A stretch of 64,000 nucleotides of DNA from a virus. Lineage: Duplodnaviria > Caudoviricetes. The stretch lies in the IMG/VR virus record IMGVR_UViG_2900261899_000001, positions 41,248 through 105,247 of that record; one strand, written 5' to 3'. Shown here one piece after another: positions 28,709-37,112 of the stretch (its first letter is position 1; each line of letters opens with the position of its first letter). The notes beneath the pieces are model-generated. The model ran no database searches, had not been told where the DNA came from, and was given only the letters and a program-made list of their open reading frames with translations. The position numbers were made by a program, and so were the translations under genes.

Positions 28709-30640
28709 TCAGCCGCCCGCCGTGAGAGTAAGCGATTTCAGCGTCCCGCCATCGTTATAGTAAAACTTCACCGTCCCGGTGGATGTATTCTTCCAGAGCA
28801 AGAACTGGCCTGCCGGGATGAAGCCGGCGGTCGCGTCTGATCCGAGCCGGAACGATCCGAACCGTGGTCCCCACGCGCCTTTGCCGACATATTCGACCGT
28901 GACGTCGATGTCCGTGCTGTCGCTCGGCGCGAACGTGATAGCGTTGCCGGCAATGGCCCCTTTCAGCGTCATGAAGTTGGCCATGCTCGCGACAGGCAAG
29001 ACGCTAAGCGCCCCAAGGCCGTTGGTCGCCTTTCCGACTTTTACCGAGCCGAGAAGCGGGTCCAGCGCCTCCGATCCGGAGAAGCGCGTCGCCTGCAACA
29101 CGGGCACCTCGATCGCCGCGATCCCGAGGGCGTTCATGTGGTTGAGGGTGTTGCCACCGCCGGCCGTCGTGTTGGTATAGGTCTCGAAGTCCGTAACCGT
29201 CGGCGTGTAGGTTCGCGAAACGCCGAGGGTCGCAGATGCCACCGTCGTGCTGACGCCAGCCACGTTCGAGCCGACACCAGCAATCGACGGGGTGAATGGC
29301 CCGCCGAACAGGGGGACCAGTTCGCTGTAGACCTGAACCCCGTTCCACAGCACGGTCAGAACGCCCGCTTTGACCTGCACCTCCAGCGCAAGATCGCCCG
29401 CGCCAGAGGCAGGCACACCGCCGACGATGAAGCCGGCGTAGCTGCGCCCTGTGCCTTCGTAGACCTGGAGCGTGAGGTTGCCGCTGCCGCTGTCCTTGCC
29501 CAGGACGAGGATGTTGTCGGACCTGTTACCGATCTGAACCGTGAGGTTGGTCAGGTTCGACCATAGGCTCGACCCCTGACCGGGGAATGTCGCCTTGAGA
29601 TCATAATCGCCATCGGTCTTGCCGAGCGTAACGGGCAAGGACAGTCCAGCAACACCAACCACGGATTGCTGCATGCGCTGGTCGACCGGGTCGACACCGT
29701 CGCGCATCAGGCGCTGCCAACGGTTGAAGTCGATCAGGCCGAGCCCCTTGGCGCGGGCATAGGTGCGCAGGAAGCCGGCCGCGACGTAGCGGGGCTCCTG
29801 ACCAAGCGGGTAGCCACCAAAAGAGCCAACCGGGTCATAGGCGGTCTGCTTGTTGGTGATCAGCACGACGTCCGGAACTTTCGTCCACCCGGCGATCGTG
29901 TCGAGCACGGTGTGGAAGGCGTCGAGATTGATCGGCGTGGCGTCGGGGTTCATTCCGAAGTTGAGGAACAGCAGATCGGGGCTTTGAGCCTGGACGAGGC
30001 TAAGCCAGTTCGCCGAGGTTGGCGTGTACCAGGACGGGAAGTTGGACGTCGCCGCACCGGCAGCGGAAGTCCAGGTCTGCGACGCCACGGCCCGGTTGAC
30101 GAAACTGATGCTCTTGCCGGGGTTGTCCGCCTTGATCCTGCGGATGATCGTCGGCCACATGTACTCCGTCGTCGCGATCTCGTCGGCGGTGTCGGTGCTC
30201 GTCGAGTCGCCCATGATGACGACTTTGGCCGAGCCGGCAGCCAGAGCCTTTGCGAACTGCTTGAGATGCTGGCTCGGGATCAGGTCGGTGCTAGGCGGCG
30301 GTGTCGTTCCGCCCGTTAGCGGCGTGACTTGCCTGTAGCTGGCTCCGGTCAGCCGGCCTTCGCCCACGAGGATCGTGCGCGACAAGCCTTTGCCACCCTG
30401 ACCGATCGCGGGCGCGTAGTACAAGCCCGGCGGGAAATAGAGGTAACGGTAGCCGTTGGCTGCGGCATAGGCATCGGCCGAGACCAGCGCCGCGCTGTCG
30501 TCGGTCGCGCCGTCGCCCTTGGCCCCTCGGTCTTTGACGTTCAACCAGTCAGATGCACGAACGACACTGCTACGAGCAGTGTTGCCGTTGCCGGCGACAA
30601 AAGGTGTTTGAGATCCGAACGGCGGAAGGCTTGAACCCAT
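28709..30640 (-). CDS. Tail-associated SGNH/GDSL esterase with pectate-lyase-like N-terminus
   Basis: NVKDRGAKGDGATDD, VIMGDSTS, NFGMN, NHMNALG. Confidence 0.7.
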   Translation of the reverse strand: MGSSLPPFGSQTPFVAGNGNTARSSVVRASDWLNVKDRGAKGDGATDDSAALVSADAYAAANGYRYLYFPPGLYYAPAIGQGGKGLSRTILVGEGRLTGASYRQVTPLTGGTTPPPSTDLIPSQHLKQFAKALAAGSAKVVIMGDSTSTDTADEIATTEYMWPTIIRRIKADNPGKSISFVNRAVASQTWTSAAGAATSNFPSWYTPTSANWLSLVQAQSPDLLFLNFGMNPDATPINLDAFHTVLDTIAGWTKVPDVVLITNKQTAYDPVGSFGGYPLGQEPRYVAAGFLRTYARAKGLGLIDFNRWQRLMRDGVDPVDQRMQQSVVGVAGLSLPVTLGKTDGDYDLKATFPGQGSSLWSNLTNLTVQIGNRSDNILVLGKDSGSGNLTLQVYEGTGRSYAGFIVGGVPASGAGDLALEVQVKAGVLTVLWNGVQVYSELVPLFGGPFTPSIAGVGSNVAGVSTTVASATLGVSRTYTPTVTDFETYTNTTAGGGNTLNHMNALGIAAIEVPVLQATRFSGSEALDPLLGSVKVGKATNGLGALSVLPVASMANFMTLKGAIAGNAITFAPSDSTDIDVTVEYVGKGAWGPRFGSFRLGSDATAGFIPAGQFLLWKNTSTGTVKFYYNDGGTLKSLTLTAGG

Positions 30641-30765
30641 AGCTCAGCCCTCCCGCGCGAAAGCGAAGGTCGTCATCGGTCGGTCTCCGGGCATGGCGAG
30701 AGAGCCCAGCGGCACGAGGCGCGGGCGGATCAGACGTTGAGGGTCAGGTCAGGCGTTGAGGGCGA

Positions 30766-32463
30766 TCAGCCCTTCAGGACGAAGACGGACGATCCGCTCG
30801 CCGAGATCGCGAAGATGTCGACGAGCGTGACGAGGCCGGTGTCCCAGCCACGGCTCCCGCCCTGGTCGCCGGCGGTCGGAGCCGCCGCGAAGGGCATCCC
30901 CGAACCGACGACGGCAGCGGCCCCGAAGCTCGCGGTGAACAGGGTGGTCCCGTTGTTCGTAATCTCGAAGAGGCGGTCGCCCGCGCTCGCGATCTTCGTC
31001 GAGGTGTTGGCAGGGAGCGCAATCGTCGACCCGGCGAGGTTCGCGGAGGGGCCAACGACCGGCAGCGGGTTGTTGGCAGGCGTCCCGACCCGGATCGACT
31101 TGTTGCCGATCGCCGCCCGCATCAGGGCCGTGACGGGGCCGTTGGTGATCGCCGTGGTGGCGCGAACCCGCACGGCCTTGAGGCCGGTGGCCGTGCCCTC
31201 ATAGATGCCGGGTGCCGTGAAGGTGGAGACGGCAGGACCACCGCCGTAGGGCAGCAGGGACATCGCGGTGGCGTCGGAATAGTCACCGAGTGCCGAGCCT
31301 TCGATGACGATCGAGCCGGTCCATGTCCCTGTCGGAAGGGCCAAAATGATCGTGTTGCGGCCGGACATCTCGACGGAGACGGTGTCGCCGACGAGCGAGA
31401 GCGCGCTCGAGGCTTCGCGCGGCGGCGTCAGGACGCTCAGCAGGCCACCCGATACAGTACCCGCCAGCGTCCCAAGGTACCCGAGCGAGCGCTTGAACAG
31501 GGCGACGAAGGAGAAGGCGCCCCCATCCGACGTCGCGGCCGTGTCGGCCTGCAGACCGAAGTTCGTGGCGAAGGGGCCGTCCGAGGACAGTACCACCGGG
31601 AGGGATTGTGCCGCCGGTTTCGTGCCGAGGGATGTGGGAAGCTGGCTTGTCGTCGCGAGCGTGCCCAGCGCCGTCAGGATGCTCGTGAGGGTCGCGGCCG
31701 CGACGTCCTGCTTGGCCGCCGTCGAAGCGCCCTGAGGCAGGCTGAGCGGCGCGGCGAGCAGCGCTCGGATCGCTTCTGCCTTGGTAGCTGTGGTGGCATC
31801 CTGGGCCGCGAGGTACTTCAGGACGGCGACGGCCGTGGCCGACGCGGCCGAACCGTCCCAGGCCGCATCGGACGCCTTGCCGAAGCTCGTCACGAACACG
31901 CCGTTCGTCGCGAAATCCACCGGCAGGCTGTTCGAGGACGGCGCCGGACCTTGGGCCGGGACCTTGCTGGCGAGCGACGCGAGGTCTGCGTTCTGCATCG
32001 TCAGCGTGCCGGAGACCGGCACCGGGTTGCCGGTGTCGTTGCTGATCTCGACCTGATTGGCGACGGTAATGTTGCCGTCGACGTGGATCGTCGCCCCGCC
32101 GACATCGACCGGGATGCGCTGGCCGGCCGGCGCGGTGACGGCCAGCGTGCCGGCGAGGAGCGCGCGGACCTGCTCGTTCTTGGCGAGCAGCGTTGCGAGG
32201 GCCGCCTCAATCCCCGCTTCGGTGGCGAGCGCCTGCAGCACGGCCAGAGCCGAAGCCTGACCCGCCGCGGTCGCGAGCCCGGCAGTCTGCGCGTCGAGGG
32301 TGACGTGCCCCGGCGTGGCCTGCGTGAACAGCGAGGCTCCGGCTTCCGTCGAGGGCACCGAGCGCGGCGCGCGGATCGGTACGCCGGACGGATCCAGCCC
32401 GAGATCCGCGTCGGCATAGATCACCGGCGCGCCGAGCGCGTTTTTGTAGACAGTCCCCGTCAT
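30766..32463 (-). CDS. Ala/Thr-rich fibre-like structural protein
   Basis: 565 aa ORF in tail cluster with internal repeats. Confidence 0.55.
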   Translation of the reverse strand: MTGTVYKNALGAPVIYADADLGLDPSGVPIRAPRSVPSTEAGASLFTQATPGHVTLDAQTAGLATAAGQASALAVLQALATEAGIEAALATLLAKNEQVRALLAGTLAVTAPAGQRIPVDVGGATIHVDGNITVANQVEISNDTGNPVPVSGTLTMQNADLASLASKVPAQGPAPSSNSLPVDFATNGVFVTSFGKASDAAWDGSAASATAVAVLKYLAAQDATTATKAEAIRALLAAPLSLPQGASTAAKQDVAAATLTSILTALGTLATTSQLPTSLGTKPAAQSLPVVLSSDGPFATNFGLQADTAATSDGGAFSFVALFKRSLGYLGTLAGTVSGGLLSVLTPPREASSALSLVGDTVSVEMSGRNTIILALPTGTWTGSIVIEGSALGDYSDATAMSLLPYGGGPAVSTFTAPGIYEGTATGLKAVRVRATTAITNGPVTALMRAAIGNKSIRVGTPANNPLPVVGPSANLAGSTIALPANTSTKIASAGDRLFEITNNGTTLFTASFGAAAVVGSGMPFAAAPTAGDQGGSRGWDTGLVTLVDIFAISASGSSVFVLKG

Positions 32464-32466
32464 GGG

Positions 32467-33063
32467 TCAGATCCGGCAGATGAGAGGGGCGAAGCCGGTC
32501 ATGGTGAACCGGTGGAAGTTGAGGTTCGGCGGCGCGAGCAGGTCGGCGTTGAGCGCCGTCACGGCGTCGATCTGAGCTTGCAGTTCGGCGACGCGTTGAT
32601 CGGTGTAGGCGGTGTCCGTCGGACCCTGCGGACCGGTGGTCAGCGCCGGCAGCACCACGCCCGAACCGGGCTGGCCGGCCACGAGGATCTGCGTGAAGGC
32701 CGCCTGCTGCCGAACCAGGGCGCTGTCGGTGGCCGGAAGAACCCGGACCGATGACCGCCCGAGCCATTCGTCGATCGTCGACCCCGTCACCGTCCGGTGA
32801 ACGTCGAACACGAGCGTCGTCGGGGTCGAAGCGAGCCAACCCCCGCGCGCCGCCTTCGGGACCGATAGGATGAGACTGTCCGTCAGCCCGTTCGTGTCCG
32901 CGATCCAGGTGATCGCACCGTTCGCACTATCGAGCGCCACGGCCTCGGGACCGCCGAAGCTGCCTGTCATCGTGGCCGTGAGCCGCGATCCCGTCAGGTT
33001 CAGGGGAACGACGAGTGGGACAATGACCCGCCAATCCGCGGTATCGAGGCATGTAGCGGGCAT
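32467..33063 (-). CDS. Fibre adaptor-like structural protein; 5' end matched by array 2
   Basis: DTADWR...PLNLTG pattern; position in tail-fibre cluster. Confidence 0.55.
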   Translation of the reverse strand: MPATCLDTADWRVIVPLVVPLNLTGSRLTATMTGSFGGPEAVALDSANGAITWIADTNGLTDSLILSVPKAARGGWLASTPTTLVFDVHRTVTGSTIDEWLGRSSVRVLPATDSALVRQQAAFTQILVAGQPGSGVVLPALTTGPQGPTDTAYTDQRVAELQAQIDAVTALNADLLAPPNLNFHRFTMTGFAPLICRI

Positions 33064-33082
33064 GGAAGACCTTCAGATCGAC

Positions 33083-33111
33083 TTGCTCCCGCAAGGGACC
33101 GGGAATACCGT
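33083..33111 (+). promoter_or_regulatory. Sigma70-like promoter of array 2
   Basis: TTGCTC-N17-TACCGT, 6 nt before the TAGC start of the array. Confidence 0.6.
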
Positions 33112-33117
33112 CGTGAC

Positions 33118-33236
33118 TAGCGCGGCATGGCACGGCACCGTTCGGCGTGGCATGGCGAGGCACGGCGCGGCGAGGCTGGGTCGGGTCTGGCGTGGCGTGG
33201 TAGGGGTGAAGAGGTCGGCGTGAGCCGGCCTTTTCC
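33118..33236 (+). ncRNA. GGY-NN pentamer array RNA 2 (candidate gapped guide RNA)
   Basis: TAGCGC, then GGCAT GGCAC GGCAC CGTTC GGCGT GGCAT GGCGA GGCAC GGCGC GGCGA GGCTG GGTCG GGTCT GGCGT GGCGT GGTAG GGGTG, then hairpin AAGAGGTCGGC-GTGA-GCCGGCCTTTT. Confidence 0.8.
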
Positions 33237-33247
33237 GCTTTTTGGAG

Positions 33248-33458
33248 CTACCGACCGTCGTCGCCCTGCCAGAGGGCCTGATCGGCCTGTGCGGGTCTGG
33301 ACATGGTGGATCTCGCATGAACGACTGCGCGGGCGCGCGGGCGAATGCACTCGATCCGAGCGCCGCTACGCCTCGGTGTTGCCGGCGCCGGGTTCGAGGA
33401 AGGACCGCGTGCCGTTGGTGACGGCCGACCGTGTGCGCGGACTGCGTTGCTTGGTCAT
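33248..33458 (-). pseudogene. Two short gene remnants
   Basis: 33458-33366 MTKQRSPRTRSAVTNGTRSFLE...* and 33304-33248 MSRPAQADQALWQGDD..*, both resembling truncated phage protein N-termini. Confidence 0.35.
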
Positions 33459-33679
33459 GGGTCGCGCCTTGGCGTCCCCACTGTCTCTGATGTGGTCGAG
33501 CGATCAGTCTTCGAATAGTTGATCGTATCAAGCAGGGCGGGCGGTGACTGATCGGGATTGGCAGTAAAGGCACGGCCCTGCGCCAAGGCCGAAGCAAGCA
33601 ACTGGATATGGATGCCACGAGGTCTTTTGAACCGTCCAGATGCTGCTATTTTTTTCTCCAAATCGTCTGACATTTTCAC
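33455..33679 (-). CDS. Small hypothetical protein
   Basis: ORF directly after tail spike; lower GC. Confidence 0.4.
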   Translation of the reverse strand: MKMSDDLEKKIAASGRFKRPRGIHIQLLASALAQGRAFTANPDQSPPALLDTINYSKTDRSTTSETVGTPRRDP

Positions 33680-33684
33680 CTATC

Positions 33685-35883
33685 TTAACCAAAATTGCGG
33701 TCAACGAATTTGTTCGTTGCGCCTGAGTTGTCGATAATACCTCCGGTGACGAGGTTTCTGGCGCTATTCTCAGTCACCCAGAAGTAATCACCGCATCCAG
33801 AGTCTAAGCGAACGCCAAATCCCTGCTTGGCCCCAGGCTGAGAGAAGTCGACGTTGAACTTGTTGCGGCTGATGTGAAAATCGGCATTGCCAGAACCGCC
33901 CACGCGAACGCCGCCGCTGCCGTTAATCGAAATATTGCAACTTTCGATGTTGAAGTTTTTGTTGTTGTTGTTGACTGCAAAGCCAATGTTTCGGCTTGCG
34001 CCAATGTCGCAGCCTATGAACTTGAGGCCGTCAGTGCTGTCCATCTGCACGGCGTTGCCGCCATGGTTCCAAGACCAGCATCCGATGTACATGCTCTGTG
34101 CGATCTGCGAGAGCAGCATCCCCTCGTGCGACGTATCCCAGAATACGTTCGCATAGCGGTTGTAGCCTGAGCACTGACCACGGGTGAGGCTCGGCGAGCC
34201 AATCGTCTTGGCATAGAGCCCGCCGATGAAATCGCCGTCGCTGAGGATGATGGCCTCGCAGGCCCCGACCTGTCGCAGAGAACCAAGGCTGAAGTCGTAA
34301 TCAATTGAGCTGATGGTGCCGACGGCGCCTGATGTGTTGCCCGTCACCGTCGTGCCAGCGGCCAGCTGGTTCGGGATCAGCATTCGGTACTGCGATCCAG
34401 TGAGCTGGATGATGTTCAAGCCCGTGTAAGGCGAGCCGGAGATCGTCAGCCCCTCGCCGGCCTGGAATGTGCCGTTGACGCTTGAGAAGTTGATGGTGTC
34501 GCAGATTGAGGCAGTAACGAACTGCGAGAGGAACACGTCGTTTGAGTTCTCGATGTAGACGGCGGTCTCTCGGCCGTCCGACACGCCGAAATCATAGCCA
34601 CGGACGCCCGCACTGTTCTTGACTGATATGCCTCGGTAGGCGGTCGAGATGTTGATGTCGTTGAAGTAGCCCGACACCTGCATGTCGAGGGCAACGCCAG
34701 CGGTCGGGCGAACCGAGAGCGACACCGGCCCCATGTCGATCCCGGAGATGCGGGAGCCGGGAACGCCGGTGGTGCGGATGAAGTTGGTGGTTCCCGTCGA
34801 CCAGCGCACGCGGGTGATCGCTCGGCCCCGGCCGACGAGGCTCTGCCCGCGGGTGGCCACCAGCGTACCGCCAGCCGCACGATACTCGCCGGCGCCCATC
34901 AGCCCGAGGCCATTGTTTACGAGGGCGTCGATCGCCTTCTGAGTGGCCGCGATGCAGTCGGTCGTCGTGTTCTTGAAGCCGTGAAACCAATCGACTTCGC
35001 AGACCGCGAGCCCAGCGATGGAGCCACCGGCCGACAGGTCGAAGATCTGATAGGCACCTGCAGTCAGACCCGCCGTGAAGGTGACCGTGACGCCGTTGTC
35101 CGGCTTCAGCATCACGCCACGCGGGAAACGATAGTGAGCCGAGAGGGTGATGTTGGACGAAATCCGGATCGTGCCGGGCTTAAGTAGCCATTCCCCGAAG
35201 CCTTGAAGCGCATCGGCGAACGAAAGATTTGCGGCATCGTCGGCCGTACCATTAGCGACCAGATTATTGAGAACAGGCGCCTTGGCGGCCAGAGACGCGG
35301 CTGTCGCCGCAGCATCGGCTGCTCCAACGTCGCTGGCGATGAGATTTATTGACGATCCGGATTTGCCATTGACCGTCGTCGGATTGCCTTGAGGCCCTTG
35401 CAGGCCCGCAGCGCCAGTGGCGCCTTGCGGTCCTTGCGCGCCCTGTGCTCCAGCCGCGCCGGCAGGCCCTCGAATTTGGCCGACGTTGTGCCAGTTGCCG
35501 CCGGGGCCGGCGTCGTTGCCGGAGGCGGTGTAGACGTAGCCGTCGCCGCTGGAATAGCCGGTCCCGTTCGACGTCATCAGGTAGACGTCGCCAAGCGTGT
35601 TGCCGGACGACGGAAGGTCCGAGGGGGTAGCCCGCGATCCTTTGATCGTCGTTCCCGCGCCTTGGTCGCCCTTCGGGCCAGGGTCGCCCTTCGGGCCAGG
35701 GTTGCCCTGCTGGCCGGGGTTGCCGCGCTCGCCACGCTCGCCCTGCAGACCGCGTTCGCCCTGGCCACCGGGCAAACCGGGGGCACCGGCGCCCCCAGGG
35801 AGGCCGCGTAGGCCCGGGGCGCCGCCGCCGAGCACGACCTGAGGCACGACGCCCGCGGAGGACGCGCCCAACACGTACGGCAT
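33685..35883 (-). CDS. Tail spike: collagen-like N-terminus plus right-handed beta-helix (pectate-lyase-like)
   Basis: (GXX)n repeats, W.NVGQIRGP, Asn/Gly-rich beta-helix C-terminus of lower GC. Confidence 0.75.
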   Translation of the reverse strand: MPYVLGASSAGVVPQVVLGGGAPGLRGLPGGAGAPGLPGGQGERGLQGERGERGNPGQQGNPGPKGDPGPKGDQGAGTTIKGSRATPSDLPSSGNTLGDVYLMTSNGTGYSSGDGYVYTASGNDAGPGGNWHNVGQIRGPAGAAGAQGAQGPQGATGAAGLQGPQGNPTTVNGKSGSSINLIASDVGAADAAATAASLAAKAPVLNNLVANGTADDAANLSFADALQGFGEWLLKPGTIRISSNITLSAHYRFPRGVMLKPDNGVTVTFTAGLTAGAYQIFDLSAGGSIAGLAVCEVDWFHGFKNTTTDCIAATQKAIDALVNNGLGLMGAGEYRAAGGTLVATRGQSLVGRGRAITRVRWSTGTTNFIRTTGVPGSRISGIDMGPVSLSVRPTAGVALDMQVSGYFNDINISTAYRGISVKNSAGVRGYDFGVSDGRETAVYIENSNDVFLSQFVTASICDTINFSSVNGTFQAGEGLTISGSPYTGLNIIQLTGSQYRMLIPNQLAAGTTVTGNTSGAVGTISSIDYDFSLGSLRQVGACEAIILSDGDFIGGLYAKTIGSPSLTRGQCSGYNRYANVFWDTSHEGMLLSQIAQSMYIGCWSWNHGGNAVQMDSTDGLKFIGCDIGASRNIGFAVNNNNKNFNIESCNISINGSGGVRVGGSGNADFHISRNKFNVDFSQPGAKQGFGVRLDSGCGDYFWVTENSARNLVTGGIIDNSGATNKFVDRNFG

Positions 35884-35998
35884 GCCGGAACTCTCGAAGA
35901 CAGGGGGAGGCGCGCGTGGAAAAGCCCGGGGCGATTGGGCCGGGACGCGCGGCTTGCGGTCGGGCAGAAGCTGGCCGTATGGACCGCCCGAGGGGCGG

Positions 35999-36658
35999 TC
36001 AGAGCAGGTAGACGACGGCCTCGACGAAGGTCAGCGGACCGTAATAAGCAACCTTGCGTCGGTCATCGCCGAACGCGAGGAGCTCGTAGACGTAGTCGCC
36101 CGGAAGCAGACGTCCTGATCCCATCGTTGTGTAGGGGACCATCAGACCGGGAGCGCCAGTTCCGTTGCCCTTCACGATGAGGGGATCGGAATTGTCCGTT
36201 GGGTCGGACAACGCCTCGAAGATCAGCCGTTGGATGGTGTCGGCGCGCCGGACCTGCAGCACATAGCTGATGCCGGTGTCGTTGATCGTCGCGGGCGTCG
36301 GCTGCACCGCGAAGGCGTCGCCAACCCTGAACGGGGTCGAGCCCGGTGTGACCGTCAGGACGAGACCGCCGGCGGAGAGTGGTGCGCCGGCGTATCCCAG
36401 AGCCGTGACGGCGCCGTTGGGATCGGTGACCGTGATGCCGACGAGATTGTCGGTCGAGGTCACCACGACGGCGTGGCCGCCCAAGGGCGTGCGGGGTTCG
36501 ACGCTCTGGACGCTGACGGACCCGTTGCCGGTGTTGCCGCTGCCGACAACGACGCCCGCGGTGCCGGCTTGATATAGCGGAAAGCTGTCCGTCCAGTCGT
36601 CGTTGAGCGCGACGCGCAGGGGCTGGTAACGCGGCTGGATCGCCAGGATGTTCGTCAC
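35999..36658 (-). CDS. Fibre adaptor-like structural protein
   Basis: NDDW, GNTGNG, F.VGD.F, GDYVYEL. Confidence 0.55.
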   Translation of the reverse strand: MTNILAIQPRYQPLRVALNDDWTDSFPLYQAGTAGVVVGSGNTGNGSVSVQSVEPRTPLGGHAVVVTSTDNLVGITVTDPNGAVTALGYAGAPLSAGGLVLTVTPGSTPFRVGDAFAVQPTPATINDTGISYVLQVRRADTIQRLIFEALSDPTDNSDPLIVKGNGTGAPGLMVPYTTMGSGRLLPGDYVYELLAFGDDRRKVAYYGPLTFVEAVVYLL

Positions 36659-36667
36659 GGACCGGCC

Positions 36668-37102
36668 TCAGGCGACGAGTTCGTTGGCCCGGATCAGCAG
36701 CGCATCGACCTGCGCCGGGCTGTAACTGCGCGCCGCGATCATCGCTTGCGTCAGCGGGTCGACGCGACGGATCTCGGTGGCCAGATCCCAGTCCTCTTGG
36801 AGGTCGGGATTGGACGCGAGCGCTGCCTTTACCGCTGGCCATTCCGGCTCCGGAAACACGGCCAGCTCCCCGGTCTCGGCCAGGGCGCGTTTCAGTCCGA
36901 GCTTCGAGGCCGAGGTCGGCACGACGACAACGACGGGCGGCGGCGGTGGGGCCGCAAAGCCGTCATCGGTCGCAAGCCAGCCGATGGCGATGTCCGCCAC
37001 GTGGGAGACGTCCCGGACGTCGAACAGGTCGTGCGGCCATGCGTCCTCGCCTTCGGACAGGGCGTGCACGATCCCGCTATTCACGAGCGCGAACAGAGCC
37101 AT
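36668..37102 (-). CDS. Tail fibre assembly-like protein
   Basis: IGW..TDDGFAAPPPP, W..ATEI.R..P; follows fibre gene. Confidence 0.6.
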   Translation of the reverse strand: MALFALVNSGIVHALSEGEDAWPHDLFDVRDVSHVADIAIGWLATDDGFAAPPPPPVVVVVPTSASKLGLKRALAETGELAVFPEPEWPAVKAALASNPDLQEDWDLATEIRRVDPLTQAMIAARSYSPAQVDALLIRANELVA

Positions 37103-37112
37103 GCTTCAATCC

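Noticed and set aside
33118-33236. Calling the pentamer arrays CRISPR arrays or simple microsatellites
   Set aside because: There are no 25-40 bp repeats with spacers. Unit variation is concentrated in two positions and decodes to neighbouring genes, unlike slippage repeats
32870-33618. ORFs spanning array 2 (e.g. AWHGTVRRGMARHG, PRHATP)
   Set aside because: Translation artefacts of the 5-bp periodicity; they overlap real genes and lack clear RBSs
35385-35830. Periodic repeats in the tail spike gene
   Set aside because: Explained by collagen-like GXX coding, with 9/18-bp rather than 5-bp period
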